Origin: an uncultured Clostridia bacterium
Lineage (GTDB): Bacteria > Bacillota > Clostridia > Oscillospirales > CAG-382
Length of the DNA stretch: 54,120 nt
Reading direction: 5' to 3'
Assembly (NCBI GenBank): GCA_947626805.1
Contig: CANQTR010000003.1
Location: 1-54,120 of the forward strand
Below, piece after piece: positions 42,531 through 51,811 of the stretch. Numbering within the stretch: the first letter of the stretch is position 1; every line of letters starts with the position of its first letter. The notes under the pieces are model-generated. The model had not been told where the DNA came from, made no database searches, and was given only the letters and a program-made list of their open reading frames with translations. The translations under genes were made by a program, and so were the position numbers.

Positions 42531-43574
42531 TCAATCCGGCTCCTCCGCAAGGACGATTCGCCGCCCCTCGCGAATGGCGCGGACCGCCAGCACGACCGTG
42601 CGGAACGCCTCGAACACGTCGTCGATGGGGACCATGCCCTCGCCGCCGTTCTCAATCATATCGACGAGGTCGCGGAACTGGGCGTACATATCCTTATAAA
42701 TCGACGGGTTCTCGATGATGCGGTCCGGCTTTTCCGCGTCGCCGTAATAGATGCGGATAAGGTCGCTGTCCCGCACGCCGTCGGTGCGGTTTGCCGCCAT
42801 CGTCAGGGAAATATGCCCCTTCGTGCCGATGAAATCCTTGTCGTTATTGGACGAAACGTTGCGGCTCCAGCCGACCTCGTAGTAGCCCCGGCACCCGTTC
42901 GCAAGCTCCATCGTCATGATTTGGTAGTTGTCGATGGGGGAATCCGCGTCGAGTTTGGCGGAAACGCCCCCGACGGAAACGATGGGCGACCCCGCGAACC
43001 AGCGCATCACGTCCGCGTAATGCACGCCGCAATCCACCAGCGGCGGGCAATCCTGCATGAGCCGCAAGAACCGGTCCCACGGGTGTTCCGGCTCGCCGGC
43101 GCGGTGGCTCTGGTTCATGCGCGCCATGCGCAATTCCCCGATTTCCCCGTCGTCGATGAGTTCCTTGATTTTGCGGTAGGAGCGGTTGTAGCGCAAAATA
43201 TGCGAAACGGCGACCTTGCTGTCGGACGACTTCACCAGCCGCACGAACTCCCGCGCGCCCGCCAGATCCGTCGCGACCGGCTTTTCGCAGATGACGTGTT
43301 TCCCGTGCGCGACGCAATCCCGTAAAATGGGCAGGTGCGTGTCCGTATAGGTGGCGATGATGACGATATCCACCGACGGGTCCGCAAGGTACGGGCGGTA
43401 ATCCGTCCCGAACGACGACGCCCCGTACCGGCGGGCGAACGCGCTCGCGCGGTCCGCGTCGCTGTCGACCGTCGCGACGACGCGCACTTCCTCCTTCCCG
43501 TACAGGTCCTCGATATGCTGTCTACCGATATGACCGCACCCGATTAGCAGGATTCCATAGGTTTTCTTCATCAT
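42531..43574 (-). CDS. Gfo/Idh/MocA-family oxidoreductase
   Basis: N-terminal Rossmann YGILLIGCGHIGRQH, EKP motif ICEKPVA; ATG at 43574 7 nt after AAAGGAA. Confidence 0.85.
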   Translation of the reverse strand: MMKKTYGILLIGCGHIGRQHIEDLYGKEEVRVVATVDSDADRASAFARRYGASSFGTDYRPYLADPSVDIVIIATYTDTHLPILRDCVAHGKHVICEKPVATDLAGAREFVRLVKSSDSKVAVSHILRYNRSYRKIKELIDDGEIGELRMARMNQSHRAGEPEHPWDRFLRLMQDCPPLVDCGVHYADVMRWFAGSPIVSVGGVSAKLDADSPIDNYQIMTMELANGCRGYYEVGWSRNVSSNNDKDFIGTKGHISLTMAANRTDGVRDSDLIRIYYGDAEKPDRIIENPSIYKDMYAQFRDLVDMIENGGEGMVPIDDVFEAFRTVVLAVRAIREGRRIVLAEEPD

Positions 43575-43663
43575 GTCCACGTTCCTTTTGCTTCGGCGAA
43601 ACGCATTTCACCGAACGGCGCCTTTCGCATACGGCGCGCAATCTCTTTCGCAAAAATGCCCCG

Positions 43664-44251
43664 CTATTCCGCGCCGACGCCCGTCAGAAGTGCGGACGCT
43701 TGCTCGGCAAAGCAGGCGGCGAGCTCCGTGACCTCCCCGAGCGACAGTCCCGACGGGGACTTCGACCATTCGAGGTAGAATTGCGCCGTGCCGGCAAGCA
43801 TCCCAATCACGGCGAGCCGCAAAGCGGCGGTACCCGACAGGTTCCCGTCGCGGTAAAAACCGAGCAGACGGTCCACGGCGCACTCGCCGACCGTGCGGGT
43901 GAAATACTCCCAGGTGCCCTTCAGGCAAAGCGCCCGAAAAAAATCCGGGTTCGCGGCAATGCGCTCCTGGACCTTCGCCAGAAGCGCGGCGGGCGAAAAC
44001 GCGCCGTCCGCGTTCCGGGACGAATCGATAATATCCAACGTCGCCAACCGCAGATTCCGCTGCAGTTCGGCGGCGACGTCCTTAATGCAGGTATAATGGA
44101 GGTAGAAAGTTTTTCGGTTAATATCCGCGCAAGTGGTCAACTCGGTAATGGTAATTTCCTCCGGCTCCTTGGTGTCAAGCAGTTGCAGCAGCGCAACGTT
44201 GATGGCTCGCTTGGTCTTTACGATTCGTCTGTCGATTTTCGTTCTTGGCAT
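43664..44251 (-). CDS. TetR-family transcriptional regulator (DhaS-like C-terminal domain)
   Basis: RIVKTKRAINVALLQLL...ITITELTTCADINRKTFYLHY; AAAGGAGG RBS. Confidence 0.85.
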   Translation of the reverse strand: MPRTKIDRRIVKTKRAINVALLQLLDTKEPEEITITELTTCADINRKTFYLHYTCIKDVAAELQRNLRLATLDIIDSSRNADGAFSPAALLAKVQERIAANPDFFRALCLKGTWEYFTRTVGECAVDRLLGFYRDGNLSGTAALRLAVIGMLAGTAQFYLEWSKSPSGLSLGEVTELAACFAEQASALLTGVGAE

Positions 44252-44461
44252 CTTTTTTCCTCCTTTGTTCTGACGATTCGGACGGCGCGGCGGGGAGCGG
44301 GGGCGTTCCCCGACCCTCGAACCGAAGCCGGTACCATTATAACACAGATTCCGGCAATTTGTTACCCAATCTTCAGAAAAATTTTGCGCCTGTTTTTGGC
44401 TTTTTTGACGAAAATTCAGCGTTTTTCGGCGGAATAAAGGGGAACGCGCGTTCGCCCGCCC

Positions 44462-44635
44462 TCATTCGATGGGCAGGACGCTGACCGTGAACCACGCGTC
44501 CGGGTTTTCCACGGACGTTTCCGTCAGCCAATCGGAACGGTCGTCCGACGCGTCCCCGCCGTCGTCCCCGCAGCCGCAAACGCCGGCGAGCAGCAGCCCG
44601 CAAAGCAGCACCGCGAGCAAGCGTTTCCCGTTCAT
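44462..44635 (-). CDS. Small putative lipoprotein (57 aa)
   Basis: MNGKRLLAVLLCGLLLAGVCGC signal/lipobox-like; its ATG overlaps the TGA of the upstream AKR gene (ATGA). Confidence 0.55.
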   Translation of the reverse strand: MNGKRLLAVLLCGLLLAGVCGCGDDGGDASDDRSDWLTETSVENPDAWFTVSVLPIE

Positions 44636-45714
44636 GGCGCGAACCGTTCCGCGACCGCCTGCAATTCGGCGCGGATCGGCAGCTCTTGCGGGCAGACCGC
44701 CTCGCACGCTCCGCAGCCGATACAGTCCGCGGGCGTACCGCCCTTGCCGGCGAGGGACGCGTAATCCGCCGCCGTCGCGTCGCCGCGGTTGTACAGCGCG
44801 AAGTAGTCCGGAATCGGAATCGACGCCGGACAGCCCGTCGTGCAGTAGGAACACCCCGTGCAGGGCACCGCGATACCCGAACGCACCCAGTCCGCGACCT
44901 TCCAAAGCAGTTTCCGCTCCGCCTCTCCGAGCGGCTGAAACGCCTTCATGTACGAAAGGTTGTCCCGCATTTGCGCCGAACTGCTCATGCCGGACAGCAC
45001 GACCCGCACCCCCGGCAGCCCCGCCGCGAACCGAATCGCCCAGGACGCCTCCGACCAATCCGGGTGCGCCTGCCGCAACAGCCGCGCCGCGCCGGCGGGC
45101 AGGTTCGCGAGCGTGCCGCCCTTGACCGGCTCCATGACCACGATAGGCTTGCCGTGCCGGCGGGCGACCTCACAGCACAGCCGCGACTGCACGGAATCGC
45201 TCTCCCAGTCGAGGTAATTGACCTGCAGCTGCACGAAATCCATCTCCGGGTGCTCGGTCAGCACCTTGTCGAGGAACGCGGCGTCGTCGTGGAAGGAAAA
45301 CCCGATTTCCTTCACCAGCCCTTGCGCCTTCTTTTCCCGAATCCAGGAAAAGCAGTCGAGTTCGCGGTAGATTTTTTCGTGCGCGGCGCGCATATCGTGC
45401 AGCAGGTAGTAATCGAAGTACCCCGCCCCGGTCTTTCGCAACTGCTCGTTGAAAATGCCGTCCCGGTCGTCCTTGCTTTTGAGGTACGCGGCGTGCAGTT
45501 TGTCGGCGAGCGTGAAGCTGTCCCGCGGGTGACGGTCGACCAGCGCCGCCTTCGTCGCGTCCTCGCTTCGGAAATTGCAGTACATCCACGCCGTGTCGAA
45601 ATAGGTGAACCCGTTCGCGAGGAATTCGTCGACCATGCCTTTCATCTGCTCGAGGTCAATCTCTCCGTTCCCCGCCGTCGGCAGGCGCATGAGCCCGAAA
45701 CCCAGTTTTTTCAT
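44632..45714 (-). CDS. Aldo/keto reductase with C-terminal 4Fe-4S ferredoxin-type domain
   Basis: LGFGLMRLP, FDTAWMY, AKR blocks; CTGCSYCTTGCP and CIGCGACEAVCP cysteine clusters. Confidence 0.85.
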   Translation of the reverse strand: MKKLGFGLMRLPTAGNGEIDLEQMKGMVDEFLANGFTYFDTAWMYCNFRSEDATKAALVDRHPRDSFTLADKLHAAYLKSKDDRDGIFNEQLRKTGAGYFDYYLLHDMRAAHEKIYRELDCFSWIREKKAQGLVKEIGFSFHDDAAFLDKVLTEHPEMDFVQLQVNYLDWESDSVQSRLCCEVARRHGKPIVVMEPVKGGTLANLPAGAARLLRQAHPDWSEASWAIRFAAGLPGVRVVLSGMSSSAQMRDNLSYMKAFQPLGEAERKLLWKVADWVRSGIAVPCTGCSYCTTGCPASIPIPDYFALYNRGDATAADYASLAGKGGTPADCIGCGACEAVCPQELPIRAELQAVAERFAP

Positions 45715-45744
45715 GTGAAACCCTTCCTTATTTATTATATTCCC

Positions 45745-46446
45745 TCACAGTCCGCCGTTCACGTCCAGAACCGCCCCCGTGATGTAGGACGCGTCCTCCG
45801 ACGCGAGGAACACCAGCGCCGACGCGACCTCCTCCGGCGTGCCGAACCGTTCGAGCGGAATCGAATCCGCCAATTCCTCCGCCTCCGCGACGGTCAGCCG
45901 GTCGTTCATGCGCGTCCGAATGACGCCGGGGCAGACGCAATTGACCCGCACCCCCGCCGGACCGACCTCCTTCGCGAGCGCCTTCGTGAACCCGATCAGC
46001 CCCGCTTTCGCCGCCGAATAATCCACTTCGCAACTCCCGCCGCTCTCCCCGAACACCGAGGACACGTTCAAAATGCACCCGCTCTGCCGCGAAAGCATGC
46101 CCTTCACCAGCAGCCGCGCGAGCGTCACCGGCGCGAGCAGATTCACCTCGTAAAGCGCCCGCGCCTGCTCCTCCGGCACCCAGTCGAACAGACCGAACAA
46201 ATCCACGGCGGCGTTGTTGACCAGCACGTCCGTTTCCGGGAACGCTCCGGCGAGCGCGCGCACTTGCGCCGGGTCGCGCAGGTCCGCCCGGTACACGGTC
46301 GACCCCGGCAGTTCCCGCGAAAGGCGTTCCGCCTTTTCGAATCCGGAAAAGCAGTGCAGGACCACACGATACCCGGCGCGGGCGAACGCGCGGGCGGTCG
46401 CCTCCCCGATTCCGCCGGACGCCCCGGTGATAAGCGCCGTCCTCAC
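45745..46446 (-). CDS. SDR-family oxidoreductase (FabG-like)
   Basis: ALITGASGGIG, NNAA, YSAAK; GTG start overlapping the hslO stop (GTGA). Confidence 0.8.
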   Translation of the reverse strand: MRTALITGASGGIGEATARAFARAGYRVVLHCFSGFEKAERLSRELPGSTVYRADLRDPAQVRALAGAFPETDVLVNNAAVDLFGLFDWVPEEQARALYEVNLLAPVTLARLLVKGMLSRQSGCILNVSSVFGESGGSCEVDYSAAKAGLIGFTKALAKEVGPAGVRVNCVCPGVIRTRMNDRLTVAEAEELADSIPLERFGTPEEVASALVFLASEDASYITGAVLDVNGGL

Positions 46447-47327
46447 GGCGTTTTCCGCTCCGCTTCGGCGAGCAGTTTCCGCAAATCGTCCTTCGAATAG
46501 CGGTAATCCGTCCCGCAAAACTCGCACGAGAGCACGGTCTCCTCCGGGGCGTCGAGCAGTTCCCGCAATTGCCCGCCCCCCAGCGAAAGCAGGGCGCGGT
46601 CGGTCCGTTCCCGCGAGCAGTCGCAGCGGTATTCGCAGGCAATTTCGTCGAACAGGTCGTACGGAATCCCGTCGAGGAACCCCGCGAGGAGCTGTTCGGG
46701 CGTCCCGCCGTCCAGAATCGCCGTGACGGGCGGCAGTTTCGCGGCGTTCGCCTCAAGCCGGTCGGTCACGTCCGGGTCCGCGTAGGGCAAAAGCTGTATC
46801 AGCGCGCCGCCGGCGGCTTTGCAGGAGCCGTCCGTGTCCACCAGCACCCCGAGCGCGCAAAGGGTCGGCACCTGCTCGCTCGTCGCGAAATAGTAGGCGA
46901 GGTCTTGCGCAATCTCGCCGGTCTGGATTTCCGCGACGCCCTGAAACGGCTGCCCGCCGACGGAACGCGTCACGGTCAACTGCCCCTTGCCGACGCAGCG
47001 CGCGACGTCGAGTTTGCCGTCCGATTCCCGCAAGGGGTAATCGCAGGACGGGTCGCCGATAAGCCCCCGCACGTTGCCCTTGTAATCGGCGGACGCGAGC
47101 AGGGTCCCCCCGCCGCCGTCCCCCTGAAAGCGCAAGGTCAGCAGGTCCTCCTCCTCGCCGAGCAGACTGCCCATCAGGGACGCCCCCAAAAGCACCCGCC
47201 CGAGCGCGGCGGTCGCCGTCGGGGAGGTGTGATGTATCCCGATTGCCCGGTCGACGATGCTCCGCCCGTCTATCACGACCGCGCGCGCCGAACCGTCCCG
47301 CGTCAATGCGCGAAGTATCCTTGCCAT
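46443..47327 (-). CDS. hslO: Hsp33-family redox-regulated chaperone
   Basis: N-terminal Hsp33 blocks and C-terminal zinc centre CDCS...CEFCG; GGGAGG RBS before the ATG at 47327. Confidence 0.9.
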   Translation of the reverse strand: MARILRALTRDGSARAVVIDGRSIVDRAIGIHHTSPTATAALGRVLLGASLMGSLLGEEEDLLTLRFQGDGGGGTLLASADYKGNVRGLIGDPSCDYPLRESDGKLDVARCVGKGQLTVTRSVGGQPFQGVAEIQTGEIAQDLAYYFATSEQVPTLCALGVLVDTDGSCKAAGGALIQLLPYADPDVTDRLEANAAKLPPVTAILDGGTPEQLLAGFLDGIPYDLFDEIACEYRCDCSRERTDRALLSLGGGQLRELLDAPEETVLSCEFCGTDYRYSKDDLRKLLAEAERKTP

Positions 47328-47343
47328 CTTCGTTTTCCTCCCG

Positions 47344-48633
47344 TCAGACCTTCGTCGCGTCCATCTGCCCGCCGGCAAGTTTCACCGAGAACCGCTCGCC
47401 GCTCGCGAGCGCCTCCGGGCGGCGTACCACCCCGCCCGCCGCGTCGAACACCACGGCGTACCCCCGCTCCAGCACGGCGAGGGGGTTGAGCGAGCCCAGT
47501 TTCTCCGAAAGCACCCGCAATGTTTGCGCCCGGCGCTCCAGCGCGAGGTCGACGGCGCGGTCCAACCGCTCCCCCACCTGCAATTTTTGCGCCCAGCGCT
47601 CCAGCGCGAGGTCGACGGCGCGGTCCAGACGTTCCCCCGCCCGCGCGACCATCATGCGCTTGTCGTCGAGGTAGGCTTGCGGCGACGTGAGGACCGGACG
47701 GCTCGCGACGGCGTTCAGCCGGTGGGCGAGCATTTGCAGGCGTGCGTCGACGAGGTTGTTCATGTGCGCGCGCAAATTGCCGAACTTGCGAAGCTGCTCC
47801 CTCGCGTCCGGGACCGCCAATTCCGCGGCGGCGGACGGCGTCGGCGCCCTTTGGTCGGCGACAAAATCGCAAATGGTGTAATCGATTTCGTGTCCGACGG
47901 CGGAAATGACGGGCGTGCGGCAGGCGTAGATTTCCCGCGCAAGCGCCTCGTCGTTGAAACACCACAGGTCCTCCATCGAACCGCCGCCGCGCCCGATGAT
48001 GATGACGTCGCACTTCCCGCCGTCGAGCAGACGGAGCGCCCGAATCAGTTCGGCGGGCGCCGACGGACCCTGCACGGTCGCCGGGGCGAGCAGGAGGTTC
48101 GCCGCCGGGAACCGCCGGTGGACGACGTTGCGGATATCCTGCAAAGCGGCGCCGTTTTCCGCCGTAATCACCCCGACGCGGAACGGGAACTTCGGCAGGG
48201 GCTTCTTGTGGGCGGGGTCGAACAACCCCTCCGCGCCCAGCCGTTTCTTGAGCTGTTCAAACGCCACCGCGAGCGACCCGACGCCGTCCGGCTCCATACT
48301 GCCCGCGTAGAAACGGTACTGCCCGTCCCGCACGTACACCGAAACCCGCCCGACGCACAGCACCTTCATGCCGTTCTCCGGCTGAAACGCGAGCTTGCGC
48401 GTCACGTCGAACATCGTCGCGGGCAGGCTGGATTTCTCGTCCTTGAGCGTGAAAAAAATCATGTCCTTTGCGGGGTACGTCCGCATATTGGAAATTTCCC
48501 CCCGCACGGCGACCTTCGTGAGCAGCAAATCGCCCGCGAGGTATTCGCGAATATGCTCGTTGAGCTGTTCGACCGTCAGCGGTTGTTGAATTTCCGTCGT
48601 TTGTTCGACCGTCATCTCCTGCAAAATAGCCAC
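47344..48633 (-). CDS. xseA: Exodeoxyribonuclease VII large subunit
   Basis: OB-fold N-terminus VRGEISNMRTYPAKDMIFFTLKDE, GVITAENGAALQD, IIIGRGGGSMEDLW; contains an in-frame 21-aa duplication. Confidence 0.9.
   Translation of the reverse strand: MAILQEMTVEQTTEIQQPLTVEQLNEHIREYLAGDLLLTKVAVRGEISNMRTYPAKDMIFFTLKDEKSSLPATMFDVTRKLAFQPENGMKVLCVGRVSVYVRDGQYRFYAGSMEPDGVGSLAVAFEQLKKRLGAEGLFDPAHKKPLPKFPFRVGVITAENGAALQDIRNVVHRRFPAANLLLAPATVQGPSAPAELIRALRLLDGGKCDVIIIGRGGGSMEDLWCFNDEALAREIYACRTPVISAVGHEIDYTICDFVADQRAPTPSAAAELAVPDAREQLRKFGNLRAHMNNLVDARLQMLAHRLNAVASRPVLTSPQAYLDDKRMMVARAGERLDRAVDLALERWAQKLQVGERLDRAVDLALERRAQTLRVLSEKLGSLNPLAVLERGYAVVFDAAGGVVRRPEALASGERFSVKLAGGQMDATKV
47522..47647 (-). repeat. 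63-nt in-frame tandem duplication inside xseA
   Basis: TTGCGCCCgGCGCTCCAGCGCGAGGTCGACGGCGCGGTCCA.. occurs twice (period 63), encoding ERLDRAVDLALERxAQxL twice. Confidence 0.85.
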
Positions 48634-48639
48634 GCTCCT

Positions 48640-48715
48640 CTTTTTCTGTTCTGAAAAACGCTTTTTTGAAAAAACGCTTTGGAAAGCCCGTCGAAAATCC
48701 CTCGAAAAGTCTCGG
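48640..48715 (+). repeat. Degenerate relative of the modular repeat (copy o)
   Basis: CTGAAAAACGCTTTTTTGAAAAAACGCTTTGGAAAGCCCGTCGAAAATCCCTCGAAAAGTCTC keeps the TTTTTGAAAAAA centre and GAAAATCC..AAAAGT tail but has lost the stem. Confidence 0.4.
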
Positions 48716-48730
48716 GAAAGCCGTTGAAAA

Positions 48731-49132
48731 TTACGCGCGGGACCGAATCACCTTCGCGAGCACGCCGTTGATGAACGGAACGGCTTTGTCCGTGTCGTAG
48801 GTGCGCGCGAGCTCGAGCGCCTCGTTGACCGCGATTTCGTCCGGCGTGCGCTCCGGCAGGAAGCACAGTTCGCACACCGCGACCCGCAAAATCGCAAGCG
48901 ACACCTTCCCGATGCGCCCGAACCGCCAATTGTCCGACGCGCCCGCAATCCTGCCGTCGATTTCCGGCAGGTGCGCCGCCGCCGTTTCCAGCAGTTCCAC
49001 CGCGAACGCGCTCGGCTTTTCCCCGCGCTGTTCCTCCGCGTCCTTTGCGATTTGCGCGACCGTTTTTTCCGGTTGCGCCCCGTATTCGAACAGGTAGCGG
49101 ACCGCCTGTTCCCTGGATTCCCGTCTTGTCAT
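48731..49132 (-). CDS. nusB: Transcription antitermination factor NusB
   Basis: RRESREQAVRYLFEY, ILRVAVCEL, AVNEALELARTY, FINGVLAKV. Confidence 0.9.
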   Translation of the reverse strand: MTRRESREQAVRYLFEYGAQPEKTVAQIAKDAEEQRGEKPSAFAVELLETAAAHLPEIDGRIAGASDNWRFGRIGKVSLAILRVAVCELCFLPERTPDEIAVNEALELARTYDTDKAVPFINGVLAKVIRSRA

Positions 49133-49170
49133 GTCGCCGTTCCTTCCCGTCTGGGTCTGTCGTTCTGTTA

Positions 49171-49199
49171 AGTATACCACATCTTGCGCGGCTTGTCAA
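49171..49199 (-). promoter_or_regulatory. Sigma-A type promoter for nusB
   Basis: Minus strand TTGACA, 17-nt spacer, TGgTATACT. Confidence 0.6.
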
Positions 49200-49253
49200 T
49201 CCAAAATTCCCAATCGCTTTTCCCGTTTTGCCGAAAAAAACGCAAAAAAAGAT

Positions 49254-49283
49254 TTGACAAGCACGCTGTCTTTATGGTATACT
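49254..49283 (+). promoter_or_regulatory. Sigma-A type promoter for gpmI
   Basis: TTGACA, 18-nt spacer, TGgTATACT; back-to-back with the nusB promoter. Confidence 0.6.
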
Positions 49284-49337
49284 ATGCTTTGTATAGATGC
49301 AATCGCAATTTCAAATAGGAAGAACAGGTAAACATTC

Positions 49338-50990
49338 ATGGCAGAACAAACGCAAAACCAATCCATCTTCGGCGGGACCCCCCGCCCCATCCTGACCATC
49401 GTCATGGACGGCGTCGGCTATTCGGAACGCACGGCGGGCAACGCCGTCCGCGCCGCCTACACCCCCACGCTCGACCTGCTCGAGGCGAGCTATCCCCGTT
49501 TCCTCCTGCAGGCGCACGGCACCGCCGTCGGGCTCCCGTCGGACGACGACATGGGCAACTCCGAAGTCGGTCATAACGCCCTCGGCGCGGGGCAGGTGTT
49601 CGCGCAAGGCGCAAAACTGGTCGGCAACGCCATCGAAAGCGGGCGAATCTACGAATCCGACGCGTGGAAGGCGCTGACCGGGCGGGTGAAGGAGACCGGC
49701 GGCACCCTGCATTTCCTCGGTCTGTTCTCGGACGGCAACGTCCATTCCCATATCGACCACCTCCGCGCCATGATCGGGCAGGCGAAGGCGTGCGGCGTTT
49801 CCCGCGTCCGCGTCCACATCCTGCTCGACGGGCGCGACGTCGGCGAGACTTCCGCGCTGGAGTACGTCCTGCCGTTCGAGGAATTCCTGTCCGGATTGCG
49901 CGACGGCTCGTTCGACGTGCGCGTCGCTTCCGGCGGCGGGCGTATGCAAATCACCATGGACCGCTACGAAGCGAACTGGGGCATGGTCGAACGCGGCTGG
50001 CGCACCCACGTCCTCGGCGAAGGGCGTCAATTTGCCTCCGCCGCCGAAGCAATCGAGACCCTCCGCGCGGAAACCGGCGCAATCGACCAGGACCTGCCCC
50101 CGTTCGTCATCGCCGAAAACGGCAAACCGGTCGGAACCGTCGAGGACGGCGACGCGGTCATCTTCTTCAACTTCCGCGGCGACCGCGCCATCGAAATCTC
50201 CCGCGCGTTCGAAGGCGGCGCGGACTTCGACAAATTCGACCGCGTCCGCGTCCCGGACGTGCTGTACGCCGGCATGCTCGAATACGACGGCGACGCCCAT
50301 ATCCCCTCCCGCTACCTCGTTTCGCCCCCGGAAATCACCGGCACGATGGGCGAATTCCTCGTCAAGCACGGCGTCCGGCAGCTCGCCCTCTCCGAAACCC
50401 AGAAATACGGGCACGTCACCTACTTCTGGAACGGCAACCGCTCCGGCAAATTCTCCGAGGAACTGGAGGAATATATCGAAGTCCCCTCGGACATCGTGCC
50501 GTTCGAGCAGCGCCCGTGGATGAAGTGCGCGGAAATCACGGACGTGCTGATTGAAAAATTGCGGAGCGGCAAATTCGGGTTCTTGCGGGTCAATTTCCCG
50601 AACGGGGACATGGTCGGGCACACCGGCTCCTTCGTCGCGACGCGTATCTCCATGGAAGCGCTGGACCTGTGCCTCGCGCGTATCCTGAAGGTCGTCGACG
50701 AGGTCGGCGGCGTGGCAATCATCACGGCGGACCACGGCAACGCCGACGAAATGTACGAAATCGACAAGAAAACCGGCGAACCGAAGTACTCCCCGGACGG
50801 CGTGCCGAAGGCAAAGACCAGCCACACGCTCAACCCGGTCCCCTGCTACCTCTACGACAATTTCTACCGCGACGCCTACGAATGCGTCGAGGGCAAATAC
50901 GGGCTCGCGAACATCGCCGCCACCGTCGTGACCATGATGGGGCTGGAGCCGCCCGCGAACTGGCGCCCCTCGATGATTCGCCGGAAGTGA
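49338..50990 (+). CDS. gpmI: 2,3-bisphosphoglycerate-independent phosphoglycerate mutase
   Basis: ILTIVMDGVG, MGNSEVGHNALGAG, HFLGLFSDGNVHSH, ITADHGNADEM. Confidence 0.9.
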   Translation: MAEQTQNQSIFGGTPRPILTIVMDGVGYSERTAGNAVRAAYTPTLDLLEASYPRFLLQAHGTAVGLPSDDDMGNSEVGHNALGAGQVFAQGAKLVGNAIESGRIYESDAWKALTGRVKETGGTLHFLGLFSDGNVHSHIDHLRAMIGQAKACGVSRVRVHILLDGRDVGETSALEYVLPFEEFLSGLRDGSFDVRVASGGGRMQITMDRYEANWGMVERGWRTHVLGEGRQFASAAEAIETLRAETGAIDQDLPPFVIAENGKPVGTVEDGDAVIFFNFRGDRAIEISRAFEGGADFDKFDRVRVPDVLYAGMLEYDGDAHIPSRYLVSPPEITGTMGEFLVKHGVRQLALSETQKYGHVTYFWNGNRSGKFSEELEEYIEVPSDIVPFEQRPWMKCAEITDVLIEKLRSGKFGFLRVNFPNGDMVGHTGSFVATRISMEALDLCLARILKVVDEVGGVAIITADHGNADEMYEIDKKTGEPKYSPDGVPKAKTSHTLNPVPCYLYDNFYRDAYECVEGKYGLANIAATVVTMMGLEPPANWRPSMIRRK

Positions 50991-51018
50991 CCGGCAAGCC
51001 CCGAAAGGAGACAACCCG

Positions 51019-51804
51019 ATGGTCCTCAACCTGTTTTTCAACAGCAGCAACAACTTCGCGTTCAATCTCGCCCTGCTGGTGCTGTACGTCATCTGTATCC
51101 TGCTCGCGCTAATCTGCCACGAAGTCGCGCACGGGCTGGTCGCCAATTGGCTCGGCGACCCGACGGCAAAGCAGGAGGGACGGCTGACCCTCAATCCGCT
51201 CGCCCACGTCGACCCAATCGGGTTCCTGATGATGCTGTTCGTCGGGTACGGCTGGGCGAAACCGGTCCCGGTCAACCCCCGCCGCCTTCGCAAGCCCCGC
51301 CGGGATATGGCGATTGTCTCCTTCGCGGGTCCGCTTGCGAACCTGCTGCTTGCGCTGTTCGCCGGGCTGGGGTGCTGCTTGTTCGCCGCGTTCGGCAAGT
51401 TCCCGATGGAGGCGAGCGTGGTCGAGCAAATCACGCCCGCGAGCGCGGTCAGCTACCTGCTGCTCGTCTTTATGCGGCTGAATATCGGTCTTGCGCTGTT
51501 CAACCTGATTCCGCTGCCCCCGCTGGACGGCTCGAACATCCTCGTGTCCTTCCTCCGCCCGAACGCGGCGGCGAAGTACCTGCAGTCGCGCCTGTACACC
51601 CAGTATATCTTCCTCGGCTTGATTGCGCTCAACGTGCTCTCCGGCTTTTCCACCGTCGCCGCCATGATCAATTCCCTTCTCTGGACGCCGTTCTACTACC
51701 TGACCTACTGGATTGGCAAGGGAATCCTGTTCTTCGGCTGCCTGATTTTCGGCACGCCGGGCGTGGTCCCGAATATCCTCACGGCGAACTTCATGAGCGT
51801 TTAG
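51019..51804 (+). CDS. Site-2 protease family (peptidase M50) membrane protein
   Basis: HEVAHGLVA (HExxH) in a TM helix, later NLIPLPPLDGSN. Confidence 0.85.
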   Translation: MVLNLFFNSSNNFAFNLALLVLYVICILLALICHEVAHGLVANWLGDPTAKQEGRLTLNPLAHVDPIGFLMMLFVGYGWAKPVPVNPRRLRKPRRDMAIVSFAGPLANLLLALFAGLGCCLFAAFGKFPMEASVVEQITPASAVSYLLLVFMRLNIGLALFNLIPLPPLDGSNILVSFLRPNAAAKYLQSRLYTQYIFLGLIALNVLSGFSTVAAMINSLLWTPFYYLTYWIGKGILFFGCLIFGTPGVVPNILTANFMSV

Positions 51805-51811
51805 GCGAAAC

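Noticed and set aside
49311-51434. 707-aa ORF on the minus strand
   Set aside because: It is antisense to gpmI and the M50 protease gene. The same reasoning applies to 4934-6697, 7951-9126, 14020-15660, 16426-18003, 19606-21393, 28148-29674, 30743-32416, 33626-35152, 35772-37412, 40948-42699, 44686-46500, 47257-48654, 51791-52897 and 52891-54114.
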